Of a DNA stretch of 64,000 nucleotides, positions 21,582 through 35,561 are shown in pieces (the first letter of the stretch is position 1; each line of letters opens with the position of its first letter). A model generated the notes under the pieces. That model did no database searches. It was not told the DNA's origin and saw nothing but the letters and a program-made list of their open reading frames with translations. Source of the stretch: Iphione sp. A-MEVVRFRX5 (Eukaryota); NCBI GenBank assembly GCA_976226885.1, contig OZ320313.1, positions 52,638,001 to 52,702,000 of the forward strand, written 5' to 3'. The position numbers were made by a program, and so were the translations under genes.

Positions 21582-22056
21582 AGAAGGGATGAGTCACTGT
21601 TAAGCTAATCTTTTAGAAGGAAAGCATAAAAGGAACTGTATCCGAAAAAAAAATATATTTTGAAGGTTCTTTGTTTGTTGCTTGGTAAGCAAGCTGTACT
21701 CCTGCCCCCAATGGGGGATTGCTATTCTGGATGCTCGTGAGCAGGAAACAAAAGAGGACTGTACCTCCAAAAAAAAAAAAATTTTTTTGACCACTGGATT
21801 TCACCCTCTGTGAGGGGTGGCTACACAAGAGAGTTAAGGCCAAAAGTAGAGGACTGTACCTCACAAAAATAAGGAAGAATTAAAACACGAGTATTTATTC
21901 AAGGATGGACTGTTTGACCCCAATCAGGGAGCACGGGGGGGGGGGCCAACAACTTATAAGACTATACCTACCCCAGAAGTTGAAGGAGGACTCCCCGATA
22001 TGCCCGGCTAGATGGTAAGTACCCTGACTCCTGTTTCACGAGGGGGACTGTGTTTT

Positions 22057-22069
22057 AAGGAGGGGAGAG
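22057..22069 (+). other. Polypurine tract
   Basis: AAGGAGGGGAGAG immediately before the TG of the 3' LTR. Confidence 0.9.
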
Positions 22070-22688
22070 TGTAGAATAAGGTAAGTCGTGGTGCCACGGC
22101 CAGATGGAGTGTACTCGGTGACCCTGGTACTGGTAATAAGTGTACAGAGTCGTGGTGCCACAGTTTGGTAAGATGTACTCAGTGACCTCGGTATTACAGT
22201 TGAATAAGATAAGTCGTGGTGCCACGGCTAGATTAGGTGCACTTTGTGACCCTAAAGGCTGGACTTAAGAAAGAACCGTGGCACCACCGTTATTCATAGC
22301 AAAGAAAAAGTTAGGGGTGACCTTGGGCCCTGGTAATCCAGGCCCCTATTACTTTGTAGCTTTTGCCTGTGCATTGATTGGTGGAACAGAATGACACTGA
22401 ACATGTTGTAGCAGTTTTATTCCATACATTGATACATGGCCTGATCACATGACACTGTGGATTGCTATAAATAAGAGCCCAGTGTGGCAAATAAAGTCAG
22501 TCTGAACTTGGATTACGTTGTGGCACTTGTCTCTTCAGGGAATGATAGGAACACAAAACCACTTGGAGCAACCTTAAGGGTGGGCTTGAGGATTACCTAG
22601 TGGAGCAATACTAGTAAGGCAACTAAGCCAGGATACTAGCAGTCATAGCTGGATACTGCCAAGTGGAGAATTAAACACGCATATTACA
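22070..22688 (+). repeat. 3' LTR
   Basis: Copy of 12165-12783, followed by the TSD CTAT. Confidence 0.97.
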
Positions 22689-25600
22689 CTATCATGGACT
22701 CTTGTCTATGGTTTATAAGTAGTGGTTCTTCCGACAAACATGTATCATATTTCTTAGTCAAATCGAGCATTTTTTCCAAGGGAAATTTGCAACACGTCAG
22801 CTTGGTAGCTACCGTATATTTTGTTCAGAAAAAAACACCCATTTTCCCAGAGGTACAATATAATCTGCAACAAACAAAAAAAAGAAAGCATTTCTCTAGT
22901 TATGCTGCACTGACAAATGGCAGAAATGGTAAAATGTGAAATTGTTCTCCACTGGTAGGAAATACTATAGCTATCCCCTCTTTTCCTGAAGACACGTAAA
23001 ATATAATTTACTTCCCGGATACCCTTGGGATGTCACTAACCTATATTCATGACACATGAGGAATTTCACTGTACATGTATATGTACATGTACATCTCAAA
23101 CACGTGTTATATTGAGATCATTTAGGAGACGAGAATGAAAACCCATCGTGTCATGAAGAGGGTGACTGGTAAACGGTAAAAATAAAATACAAACACATTT
23201 GCGGCATGTTAAAAGTTGAAATGTCAAACCTTGGTGACAGCTTACCGAATAACCTGAGTCTGGTTCCCGATGGAGAACAACAATAGGAAACGGGGCGCAG
23301 TGACACTGAAACATTCATGTCAAAGCCACCATTCACCCTCAATATGGATGGAGGAGCGTGTAAGGCGGTAAAAGGGAGGGTGGATTCGGGGGTTTTCTTT
23401 CGATAAGATAGGGTGCCATGTGGACATGTCTCCGACGACCAGAAAGCTGTGAAATAGGTACAGACGATGTACCGTGGCGTCAGTAAATGTCCTGCATCAA
23501 CGCCTGCTCTGGCGCCCAGTTTCGCGAAATTATATAACAGAACATCATTATACATCTACAATAACTGCTTATATGTCATATAAAAGTACTTGTCGTCTGG
23601 TCGGGACACTTTAATAATGTTGTTTAGAAAACTAATGGAAGGAAGGAATTCGCCTGGAAAAGAAAGTGCATACACTTTTTATTTATACGAAACCACATGG
23701 CTCTTGATTTCCTCTTCGTACAGGGGATATCTTGATGAAAAGTTAGCACCAGTGGCACTCTACAGTTGTATTTTTATTGGCGACAAGCGAACCGTATGTG
23801 CCTTGACGTAAATATTCGTCAATAGCCTTTAAACTAAGATATGCACAGTACTTTTGCTGCATGGATATGAATATATTGCGACTCAGTCACACCCAGTGAC
23901 AAGTACACATAAATGTAGATGTGCATATAAAGTGTACATGCTAATTATGCATTCGAGATTTGAGTGTACAAATCAATGTAGAGTATCATTCTGTTCATTG
24001 GTACCTGCAGCGGAAAGCCTTTTCGCAGTACATCCGAAGAGTTGCCTGGAACATTGTCGCCCAACTCGTGCCGAGCCTTCACTATAGGCTCTTTATTGCA
24101 CATATAGAGAGATGTTGGCTCAAACACGGAGATAAAAGGGCGGGAAGAGAAAGAGAGTGGAGCTGGAGGTTGGCGATGAGAGTGTCGGGGAGCACCCGAT
24201 GCGACCGGCGCCAGCGAAGGGCTAATTGATTCGGACGTGCTGGAAAGCGGACACATGTCATTCTATTACGGCCCATGTCAACTCAATAACGCTGATGCCT
24301 CGGGGGTCCCTTGCTGCTCCCTCACCGCGCAGCAAGGCCGGCGCCGACTAGCGGGCAAAATGTCACAGTTTGTGTCCGTGTTGAGGCCGAGCAGGGCAAG
24401 TTGAAGGTGGCGACCTCCAACCCTCGCCGGAGTCGGCCAGGCTTGGCGACATTTAGCTGTCAGTGGCGGATGGAGAAGCCCGATGAGCAGGCCCTGTTTA
24501 TTTACATGCCAACCGACAGGCGGGGCATTGGTGAGGGCCATGCAGAAATGGCTGTAATTTTAGGCAGGCCCTACGAAAAGGACAGGGCAGACTCGGACCA
24601 ACGAACCGAGAGGCAGCAGTGTGTATGACCTCTTCTCCTGGGAAAAGATGCCACATACGGAAACAAATCAGCCGAAGGAAGATCTATGCATACGGAGATT
24701 CGCATATAATCGTACCTAGCGCCATAAAACAAAGTTGTCGTAAAGAAATATAGAAATGTGATTCTAATAGCTAACATTCTAATTCGTCGAAAGCACCGAA
24801 CTGCCGTTCTTGTTATCCCATTCCGTTATTGCATGATCGAACGGAAAATCTAATCAACTTTATTGGTTAAAGTGTGCATTTTGTATTTACCGGGAAAGAG
24901 GCGCAGCCCAGACATATCTTACTACTGTACATCGCTGTTAACAGTTATCGCGAAGACCAAGCTGGAAGTCTATTGAGGCATGTAGCCAATAGAATATAAG
25001 GTGAACGGAACCCCTGGCGAGGGAAGCATTTCAAAGAGATGGCATGAATGGAAGCAAACGCCTGGAAAATCGAGACATGTGTTGTGCGCACCGGTAAGAC
25101 GAACGGCGATCAATGGAAGAAGCCCAATCACGCGTCGACGGACGGATGAATTATCAATAAGGGTGTTTATAACGGACTGACGTGATTCACCACTAACCTA
25201 ATGACCCCGACGTCCTCTAGCGGCCGTTTAACCGCATGTGACGGACTCATTTTTGTATCCAGTTTCGCTTTCGTTGAGATCTTTAAGAAGCCGGTTTGAA
25301 ATAATTAATGGCTTCTTCTGGATATGCATACGTCAATTAGATGGAAAGGCCCTTGTTAATACCTTTGACAGAAATAGACAGAAATGTAAGAGTTGCTGAT
25401 GCCTTTATATAGCCATGCCACATGTCTAATCTAATATACAGGCAATTCAATGAAAACCTATACATGTAAATCAGCAGTCTGATAAGTAGCAACTGTCCTT
25501 GTGTTGGTCGAGGAATTCACGCGACGTCGCTTGCGTCGTTATTCAAATTGGTGCCCTTTAAGATTAATGCTAAGTCTGTGAGGGAAGGGGTGGCGACGCT

Positions 25601-28600
25601 CGTCCAGGTTGTGGTCTCGCGGAGTCAGGTAGCAAGCAGCGTTGCTGTCAAACGCCCCTCCATCAAGAGTGAGACAATGGACGTTAGTTGATCCCAGGAG
25701 GGGTCTCGGCGCTGCCTCCAGACAGGACCTAGATGAACAAACGGACCGTGATCGGGGAGCAGCGGGGAGGGGTAGGATTAGATCCGAGCTCCACTTTGAT
25801 CCCTAAGCACCAGGAGGTACCTTCCCAGCAGCTCTATGCAACTACCCCTCCAACGCGCGCGCACACACACGCACGCACACATATGCGCACAACACCTTCC
25901 TTTAAAATCTCCGAAACCCTCCTTGGCTACTATCCTCTACCCTCGCCCCACTTGGCGTTCGCATTCTGTGCTCATATGCACCAGCTGACCCCGTGACTCG
26001 TCTTACCCGCCTGGGGGATATATATGACTGACCTGTCACGCCCGTGCTTACTCTCCAATCCATCCCTCCTACTTGGTCGCAGCGCCGCCCCCGAAGCACA
26101 CGGCGTTGCCTCGCCTTGTTTTTGCGCCCTGCTGTATTATTCCAGGCCTGCGATAACAAATCGTCGTCGCCAGCGTCCATTACCTGGACTTGCCCCCCCC
26201 TGCCCAGAACACCATCTACATAATCTACTTCCGAGAAGGAATGTCTGACATTATCAGCACACGTGAATTGAATAATGTGCCTGAATTCTAATCTAAATAA
26301 ACTATATCCAGCCTATAGACCATTACACTAGGGAGAGAAAGCGACGGTAGAGACAAAAAGTAGCTTAAAAGTAAGGGGAGGATATAGAAAATAAACTTAA
26401 ATTATGTTTCAACAAATGAAGTCTCTCTCTCTCTTTAATACAAGACAGGACGCGTGCGAGGAAATAGTAACCATAAACCAAAGTGAGGGGACTGGAAGCC
26501 AGTCGAGTATAGCCAAGGTTGATCCCTGAGGAAGGTCCGTCTCAGAACTTTTCAGGGTCACACAAGCAAATATGCCGGCCGCTGGATCATAGATAATCTC
26601 TCCGATTGATCTCTGAGGGCTATCCCCGGCGGCATGCCTCCATCCTTCGTCTCCTTCCCCCCGGCCTTTCTTCCCCTTGTTTTCCCACGCTTTTTATCCC
26701 ATCATGGGAGTTTTCACTTCAGCCATGTTTCTTGACTGAATCGTTCCATACCTGCCTGGATGAGCAAGGTCCTGTAAGATGACCGCCCCGTTTGCAGGCA
26801 AGTGACAGCAACCGACGGCAGCAACCGCTCTCTCACGCGCGGAAGGAGCTGTATGTCATTCTTATCGCTACTGCGGGAGATTTCCGCTGTCGATGGGTTG
26901 TATAGGTCATAGTGTTGTTACCGGACGTTTCAAGCAGAAAACCCGACGACGATGACACGCCAAGTCCTTCCGGTTGGCTAAAGATGCGCCGCGAGGAGGC
27001 GGCGACAGGAAAACAAGGGGCGGCAGAATGGGAAGAACGTAACGCATTTGTGAGTGAATGAGTTTGTGCATGTGTGTTTGTGAGCGAAATATATTCCTGC
27101 GCGGGTGGACCTATATAACATCAAAGATACATGCAGAATATTTGTACGACCAAAATCACGAGTGGAATTTCAGGAATACTACTTGACTAGGATAGCACCC
27201 TACGATTTATTCAGAATCTTCTTTTTGATTCTGAAGAAGCACAGAACAGACGAGGTGAGAGTTCAAAGGGAAATCGTTCTAGGTACTGCCCCCGAGTTGT
27301 ACAACGCATCACCGTCTATTTTCCTCCGCCTATCGCCTGTGGCGTAAGGTTTTCCACTCGACAACGTCAGTTCACACCCAGGTTGATACCGAGGCTCGGA
27401 TGGCAAACGTCACCCAATTTGCCTGACTAATCGCTCGCGGCTGGCTCCCCCTCCTTCTCTTGGTTGCTTTCGGCGGCACCTGGTGGGTTTAAGCGCTGTG
27501 CCGGTGGGCACACCTGAAAAGCAGGCAGTCACTTCAGCCGCGTTAAGTATTGACTCGGACAGGTACAAAGGAAATGTTTGATCATGTTTGCGTCAGAAGT
27601 GGGGGGTGAGGCCCGAATGAAGGATAAAAGATAAGAGGGGCGGATATTGAATGAGAAAGATGGAGGGAAGGTAAAGGTGAGGGAAAGATAGAGCAACACT
27701 GTGGTGAACTAAATTCTAATACGCTGGGTGTCTGATAACGAGGAATCGATAGGATAATGCTACACAAGTATCGGTTTGTATGTGTGGAAAGAAAGAGAGT
27801 CTGAGCGAAAGAGAGAGTCGGGGATACTAACACTGGAAATAATATCGCGACAGTGCAAGTATGGGTAAAAACTAAGACCAATTGTAGTCAACTGCTGGAT
27901 AACATGTAGCGAAATCTTCAGAGGAAATGGAGGCAACAAATGGAAAGCGGAGCAGACAGAAGGGTGCGGGATTAGTCGGTCGGTCAGCAGCTGGCTGAGC
28001 CAAGGCCTAGTCCGGCCTCCTTTCAGCCTCTGACTCGCTGCCACCGTGACTTGCATATGGGCATCCCGCATGGTTCGAAGGTCATAACTACACGTGTAGT
28101 CTGTCGGGATGGCTGTGGGTGGATGTAGGTAGGTGGGCCGAGAGAGGATCAAAAGGAACCCTGTGGAGAACCGGCACCGAGGCCCACCTTGCGGCGCAGC
28201 CATGTGAAAATGCCCGCTGGAATAATTACGCTAGCATGTGTACTGCTTTATGGTAGGTTAGTAAAGAAAATAGCGCCAGAGTGTTCGGCCTTAAGCACCG
28301 GACTCTTCCCACACGACAAGGTCCTCAACCGTCGGGGTCAAGCGCTTCTGCAAATTGCCTGTTTACCGTTCCGCTCAACTCTTCGTTCAAGTGGTGGCAT
28401 AATTTCACCCACACTCTCCGCTACATTGAGCATAGCTGCTTGTCCTTGGATGGAGTTTTCATGACAATAAGCAGCAGGAAATTGCCTCTGCGTGTCCATT
28501 CTGGGTGCACACATGGCGGGGGCTTACAAGTCGTTGTCCGCAGGAGAACCTGTTATTTCAAGGGTGGGTCGGGTGGAGGTATCAAACCTCATGGAAAATC

Positions 28601-31600
28601 CCATAATTGCCGTCCCCTTATGAAGGCAGGTCGTATTCAAAGGTGGTTCTTAAAAGTCGCTGTACTAGTCAGCCATGACAGTAGATTGCAGCTCTCATAT
28701 AAATCCCCTTAAAATATACCAAAAAGAAAAAGGACTTCTAGATACTTCTGTATTTGACGGATACGTTCGCTTCGCATTACCTGTTAACGAAGAAAGAATC
28801 GAATGCACATCGCTTACAAAGCTATAAATAAAGAGGAGTCTTTGGATGCTCGATTACTTACTGCTGTGCAGGCGGGGTCGTCAAAACAGCGTGCAAACGT
28901 GATGCTCGTCTGTGAGTTCAATGCACCCATCGCTCCAAGTTTCTGTGTGAGAAAAGGAGAAAAACAAAATTATGGATAAATGCCAACGCGCAAGGCAGTA
29001 GAGCAACCATTACACATAGATACATTTCTGTGTTCGCGGTGTACAGAATTTTTTCCCTTTGTTTGCATTTGCATCTGCATCGGGAAAAGACATCAGACAA
29101 AGAGAAGGACGCGATATGTAGTGAATCGTCTTTGTTTATAAATAACTATTTTTAGTGAGTTTACTCCTTTGCGGTATTTTATCTATAATTCCTAGGTATC
29201 TTAAATTTTATTTATCCCTCTCTGTCTCTGTCTTTCTCTTCTCCCATCTAACTGAAAGGAAGCAAACGGAAACATCCATCAATGCAATACTTCCTACATC
29301 ACATTTCAAAGTGTAGAGGCGTAAAACGATTCTTGGTGACCGCTCGCAATTAGGCACAAACCATTATTAATAACACAGATTTACGAGATAATTAAATCAC
29401 AGCCAAGACATGTATCTTGTCAGTGAAGCAAACTCAAAGATTTCAGACCAAAGCGATCAAACAGAGGAACATATAAAGCGTTTGTAAAAGAACTATTGTC
29501 ATTACGTCTGTAACTAGCCTTCTATGGAAAATTCGTCGGTTTCAAGGGCTTTGATTGCCTTCATATTCTACCATCAAACCACGCATTTAAAGCACCAAAA
29601 CTACTGTTTGTGTGGAGCTACATGGGCTGCTGTGTCCAGGATAGGGTCACTTCATGTACCTTTTGCTCCATTACTATTATCTCCACCCTTGCTTGCTTCC
29701 ACTTAAACCCGCAGAACATCACAAAATCGTCTACCTTCGTACTCATTATTACATTTTCTTTGGCTCTTTGACTTGCCAGAACCACCTATCTCCCGCCGTG
29801 AGGATAGCTACTATCCATACTGCCCCCAAACCTGGCTTTCCTACAATGTATAGGCGCAAGCTGGGCACCCAAATTTGTATATCCCTCCTTTTCCAGGGCA
29901 AAGGATTTGCGCCCATTGAGAAGGGGTCTTGCCATGGAGATGGCATCAGTGTGTGTTGTCCTGCTATCCGCCCGATTCCATGGGAGCGAGGTTGTTCGGG
30001 CCGGTTGAATGGGGTTGTTTAAAAGGGTAGCCAACAAGGACAGAAAGAGATAGCGAACATGAAAAGAAGGCATCCAACCAACTGTATACAAGGGAATGTC
30101 TATGTGTGGGAAACTACGGGAATAAATGCCTAACGCACTTAAACCTCTATGAAATATTGCATAATGTAACCCGTAAATGTGTGTCCTACTAACAACATAC
30201 ACTGTGCCTTCCGAGGTGTACTACACTATATGTTTACGTTCCATATGTTGGGCCTAAAATACAACGTCAGTTAATGGTTATACAATTACATGTTGTGCAA
30301 ATTTTACTTTCTCAAAGGAGCTGTTGTTTTATTGATTATGCCTGTGTTTTATAACAAATATATTCTTTTCTTTATCTGTTTTTGATGATGTAGGTTTGAC
30401 GTCAAAACAGACCCTTCCAAAAACTTTCTTTCAGAGTTGGACGCTCAAGTGGCAATAGCTGTTTTTGTGCGTCGTGGAAGACTTTTAAGAGCCTGCCTTT
30501 CCTGTCCTACCAGTCGATTCTCCTTTGGAGACGCAGCTGTCATTCGGGCCCGAAGCGATGTAATTGGTTTGGCTTTCCCACTGTTATTTCACTTGGCCTG
30601 CACCTTCGACGGCGTGGAGAGTCGCGGAAAAAGCGGACGAGGGCGGTCGTGTCAACAGGACGCCTCCATTTGGTCGTAATATCTATTCCACACTATGATA
30701 TTTGCACAGATCTTGGGGCCTTCAATTGTCTCCGCCGTAAGAGGGTATTGATCTCAGCGCAGGCCGAACAGCCGCCGCCCGCGCTGCCCTCTGCTGGGGG
30801 AAACCTATAGCCTCAAACCGGCAGTGGAGATTTAATCTCGACGCTGAAAAGCACACTTTTCAGCATAGGGTGGTCCACTGTGGCAAGCACTGGAATCGAT
30901 CTGGAGCAGTGCCCCGACCACTTCGACTACTATAAGCGACCGGCTCCGAAATACCCTTTAAGTTACCACGGGCGCAGCTGAGTGGAAAATGTGAGTGGTT
31001 AAATATTTGATATCGGGGTTGCCCATGTTGTAACGGGTGGCTTGCCTCCGTAGAGAGAGAAATGATAGGGAGAGGATTGGCCAAAGTGGACGATGCTGAA
31101 AGTGAGGCCTTGGCTCCTTACAGGGGCCCCTCCCTGCTAGAGGCCTCATGCGGTGATATAGCGGAGTGGACTAAAGCTCAATGAGATAGCGGGTCAGGGG
31201 CTTTAGGAGAAAAGATGAACCCCGTGGCTGACCGATTGGACAGTCTGTAGAGGCAATGCTTTGTGTAGCTACGTTTACCCTTGTTATCGACACGGGGGAT
31301 GTGGACACAGGATATGCTTCTTTGGTAAAACTCTCAAGGATAGGAACTGTCGAACCGGGGCGATTTCTCATATCTCATAAAGCAAGGAAGGCTTTGGCTG
31401 GAGGGGGCGATAAAGAGACAAATAGCGGCGAGTTCCGACGCCATAGTGGTCACGTATAGCCATCTGCTAGTTCATGGCAGTGAACAAAAAGTAAAGAGAA
31501 AACGAACTACATTGTATAAGGTACATCTCCTTTTACACTCCTTATGAGCGTCGAACGAATAACTCTTCAAATAATATATCAGGAATATGAAGGCCCATAG

Positions 31601-32994
31601 TTATTTTGCAAGGGCAAATATGAATAAATATTCATTTTTTGAAACATTAATAGAAAGAAATTCAAAACAAGTATATAAATGTACGTGTACATGTAAGCGG
31701 GGAAATGATAAATAAATGCTTTCCAGCAAATCACAATTTAGGGCACAAAGTTTTGACGAATGCTTCCCTAAGGCGGCACCACTGGATCCCAATGTTAATG
31801 TCAAGCCGTGCTAAGTGATATTGATACAGAGAGCAAACTAACTGCCGACATCAAATCTCCATTTACCTCCTCCCTTTGAAGCTGAAGCGAAGTATATCGA
31901 TTCATCGCCTCACTTCAATTTCGCCCGCATATGTACATGATCACCAGATGGTTTAATGCACGGCTAGCTCCCAGCAGCAGTGGGCTGAGCTCGTGGTTAG
32001 ACTGTTTTGTTTACGTCTTGCATTGGGAAAAGAGTGAGCTTGTTTCTAAATGGAATTGGTCTACAACGCATTGATGGACAGCGTGGTAGTTCCAAATTCA
32101 GATGTCACAGAACGGCACCTCCATTGTTACATAAAATAATCAAATGACGACTTGAAAATATACTTTGTGTCCCTAGTATTAGACGTATTTACCGGACGTT
32201 CCGTTGCAACATATAGACGAAATGTGTCATGTTTGACAGCGCTACTCGGCGAAAGATAGCACACATGTGCCCGGGGAGAACGTAACTTTTGCTACACTAC
32301 TCACATTCCGCTTGAGTGACTATTGGTTGGGCGTGTGCTACCACTGCCAGTGACCCGCGGCACTTAGCACAGTCCTCCTGCGTGAGAATGGCGCCGGCTG
32401 TGCACCAGTAACAAGACTTATAGAGGCGCAAAGGCAAATATACAATGAAGATAGCTTGACCAGATCCAAGGCTCTCCTAAGATTAGATACGGTGGCAATA
32501 GAAAAGTGTGAACTATGAAATTAATAGTATGCGGATAGAAGTGGACGGTGCTTTTGTGTAAAATGACTACCAATTTTGCTGGCAGGTCGGGTTGTATTTG
32601 CAAGAATTATTTTAAGGGTCTTAGTGATAGCGGATTTCACCTGTATCTGAAGTGGTGGTATGCGCGAACGTCGCCAGTTTTGTTTCCTTGTTGCCGCGTG
32701 AATGTGGTGATTTTGGGGGTAGTGGGAATGTTTGGCATGGCGCCTGTGGGAAGTACCGTCTGAGGACAACACTAGCAGCAGAAATTAGGGCGAGGTAGAG
32801 GGATCTTGTGGCCCTGACAAGGGACATACACTTTAATGATTTTATTGATCCGGTCACAACACGAACACTCACATCAGTCACTGGTAATGGTGTCAGAGGC
32901 CTTTGGGGGAACGAGAGTCGAAGTGGGAGTTGAGGCTGAGGAGGACTTTTTCTAACTGTGGGATAGAGGATGGCCAGTTGTAGGCAAGCTGGAC

Positions 32995-33165
32995 GAGGTC
33001 GAAGAGGAGGAAGAGGAGGAGGAGGGGGAAAAGGACAAAGAGGCAAGGAGGAAAAGGAGGGGGAGGAGGAAGGGGAGGTGGAGGAGGACGAGGAGGAGGA
33101 TGAGGAGGAGGGGAGGAGGAGGAGGAGGAGGAAGGAGGAAGGAGGGAGGGAGGGGGAGGGGCAAC
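32995..33165 (+). repeat. Imperfect (GGA)n polypurine tract
   Basis: About 170 nt almost entirely G and A. It generates the low-complexity ORFs here. Confidence 0.9.
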
Positions 33166-35480
33166 TAGAGTGTGGAATGGAATGGTGGGAGCCCACGGGG
33201 AAGCATCCTGCCAGCCGACCCTTGAGTATGACGGTTCCTCTGGGACGTAGAGGCGGGAGCTCACGCTGTTCGGGTTGGGGTTGGGCCACCTCCTTATCAG
33301 AGGAGTGAGATGAACGAGCGCCTGGTGCGCCAGGAGGAGATGGGCGGGGCGGTGGCCACTGGACGACGGCGGCGAGGTGGCTTTTGACAAATAGGTTTGA
33401 TAACAAGGCCAGTAGAGCTGGAGGTCTGTATGGTGGCAAAGCAGACGCCAAGAAAACAACTGTGGGACAGGGATTTCCCCTTACTCACTTGACCCATAGT
33501 TTCACGATGCAGCTCCAGCATCATTATAATTTATTATTTCGGTACATGTACATGCAATAGGTCTGAAGACCTGTAATGTTTGGTAGCATGAAACAAGGGC
33601 AATCCAGTGTATCCACGGGCGTTATGGAAGAAATGTAGTTCCGAGAGGGAATACATGCTAGTCTTGATTTGCTTTGTGTTTATTTGGCTAGTTGTACACG
33701 TTTATAGATAATAGCCCGATACAGCCTAAATTAACAGTACACATGTATAATTGCAGCGTGTAATCCAATTATACATGTATAATTTTATTACTTACAATTA
33801 ATGCCAAACAGGCATAGTTGTTCAGGTAACACTTAAACCTCTACCGAACCGGAAAGTATCTGGACTCACATGAAAAATGGGAATGAGGAAGCCAAGAAAT
33901 AACTCGAACTCCTAGCATTGTCCCCTTACGAAATTGACAGCATGTTTAAATATTTTTCTTTCTCATTCTACCTTTTAATCAGTTCAACTAAAACTGGTTA
34001 GTATTTAGCTAAACAAAACAGAAAACATCGGTAAATATACCATCGGTGAAAACTACTTTCCCCAGCTCAATGCGAACACCTAGCTGAAAGATGCCTGTCA
34101 GGATGGAAATGAGTCCCTTGTGTATACAGGCGCCATTTCGGATCTGATCCACTAGAAACAAGGGGCAAGGATGTGATGCATCGGCAGCTTCACTCCAGGA
34201 GTTCTGATAAAAAGGCAACAAACAGATTGAACAAGATTTTGATTTTGGTGTTATGGATTATTCGCTATTGAGGCTTTTATGATAAGAGAATAAGGCTGTG
34301 TTCACTTGCATCCTTCTTTTTCCTTTCTGTGTCTGGGCATGGGTGCGGATTTTCTCCCAGCCCTGCCTTTACTGTTCAATCCATTCACATATGGACAGAC
34401 TTCTCTGCGTCTGCATGTGGACGCAGATGAGATGGGTTTGGTATGGACACGGATGCAGACTTCCATAGAATGCAATGCCAAAGGGACCTCTCCAGACCAT
34501 ATGGAAGTAATTTACTAACTCTGCAGGAGGGAAGTTCGTGTACACACACAGGGTTGGATTTTTCGTTCGCTTACATGTGAACAGTCCGTAACTGTAATAT
34601 AAGACCTGTTAGGAGTGGGACATCATAAGCTCTCCTGTAGAATGTCTGGTGTAAATAAAGACCTACGAACCTATGAAAAATGAGTTTGTATCTGTATCTG
34701 TAAACTATATTCAGGTACATTTATACACACACGTGTGCTTTGATACGTCAATGATGCTGTAAAGGTGTCGATTTTTTAAACACAAGTGACATACACTGCA
34801 GTGTAAGCAGCACTCTATTAAGTATGCCTCCTTTCAACCAGCTTTGGGCTTGGATCTGGATGGTCTCCATATATACATATGATATACATATATTACGTTC
34901 AGGAATAAAAAAAAAACGTATGTATATGTGTGTATTTAGTTACAAAATAATGTAAATGGTTGGATACCTTTCCTGTGACTTGAGTTGTTCAAGTGCATGT
35001 AACCCATAGCCCCACCGCTAAAAAAAGAACTCCGCGGGAGCATACTGGAATAAATCGAAATCCAGATGAGTTCAGCGCAGGTTGATCTGTTTCATCCATG
35101 CCTTGATTTGGCGGTATACCGACCTTATGGACGATATGGCTGAATGTCAGACATATCCTCAGGGGAACAGGCAGGCTATCGTGAGAAGTGGGCGCCGAAC
35201 GCTTGCCTATGCCTCCTGCGCCTTCCGGTAATCACTCAAACAATACAATCAAGGCCCTTCTATTGTGACGGTCACGAGAGGCTTCGTCGAGTGAGAGCCA
35301 ATACAGGCATAGGCACGCACGCACGCACATACGTGAAGCTGAACACAACCGATGCACCCATTACTCGAAGGCTTTGCGGACACACACCAACACACAACTG
35401 AATGCACCTACACACATACACAAACATACACACGCAGCTCCAGGTTTTTGACGGATCTGGACACACCAACACAGACGTCT

Positions 35481-35484
<4 letters not shown>

Positions 35485-35560
<76 letters not shown>
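35485..35560 (+). repeat. Compound microsatellite (CT)32(CA)6
   Basis: Seen directly. Confidence 0.97.

Positions 35561-35561
<1 letters not shown>

Larger units (their letters stand above)
12165..22688 (+). mobile_element. Full-length Ty3/Gypsy LTR retrotransposon (10,524 bp) with about 4.8 kb of accessory sequence between pol and the 3' LTR
   Basis: Two 619-bp direct repeats with TGTA...TACA ends. 4-bp TSD CTAT at 12161-12164 and 22689-22692. PBS after the 5' LTR and PPT before the 3' LTR. gag plus pol in PR-RT-RNaseH-IN order, which is the Ty3/Gypsy order. Confidence 0.98.

Noticed and set aside
17275-22056. env gene in the post-pol region
   Set aside because: No ORF here has a signal peptide, a furin site plus fusion peptide, or a C-terminal transmembrane anchor.
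32621-33524. Long Pro/Ser/Glu-rich ORFs (up to 276 aa)
   Set aside because: Products of the GGA tract, open in several frames, with no domain motifs.
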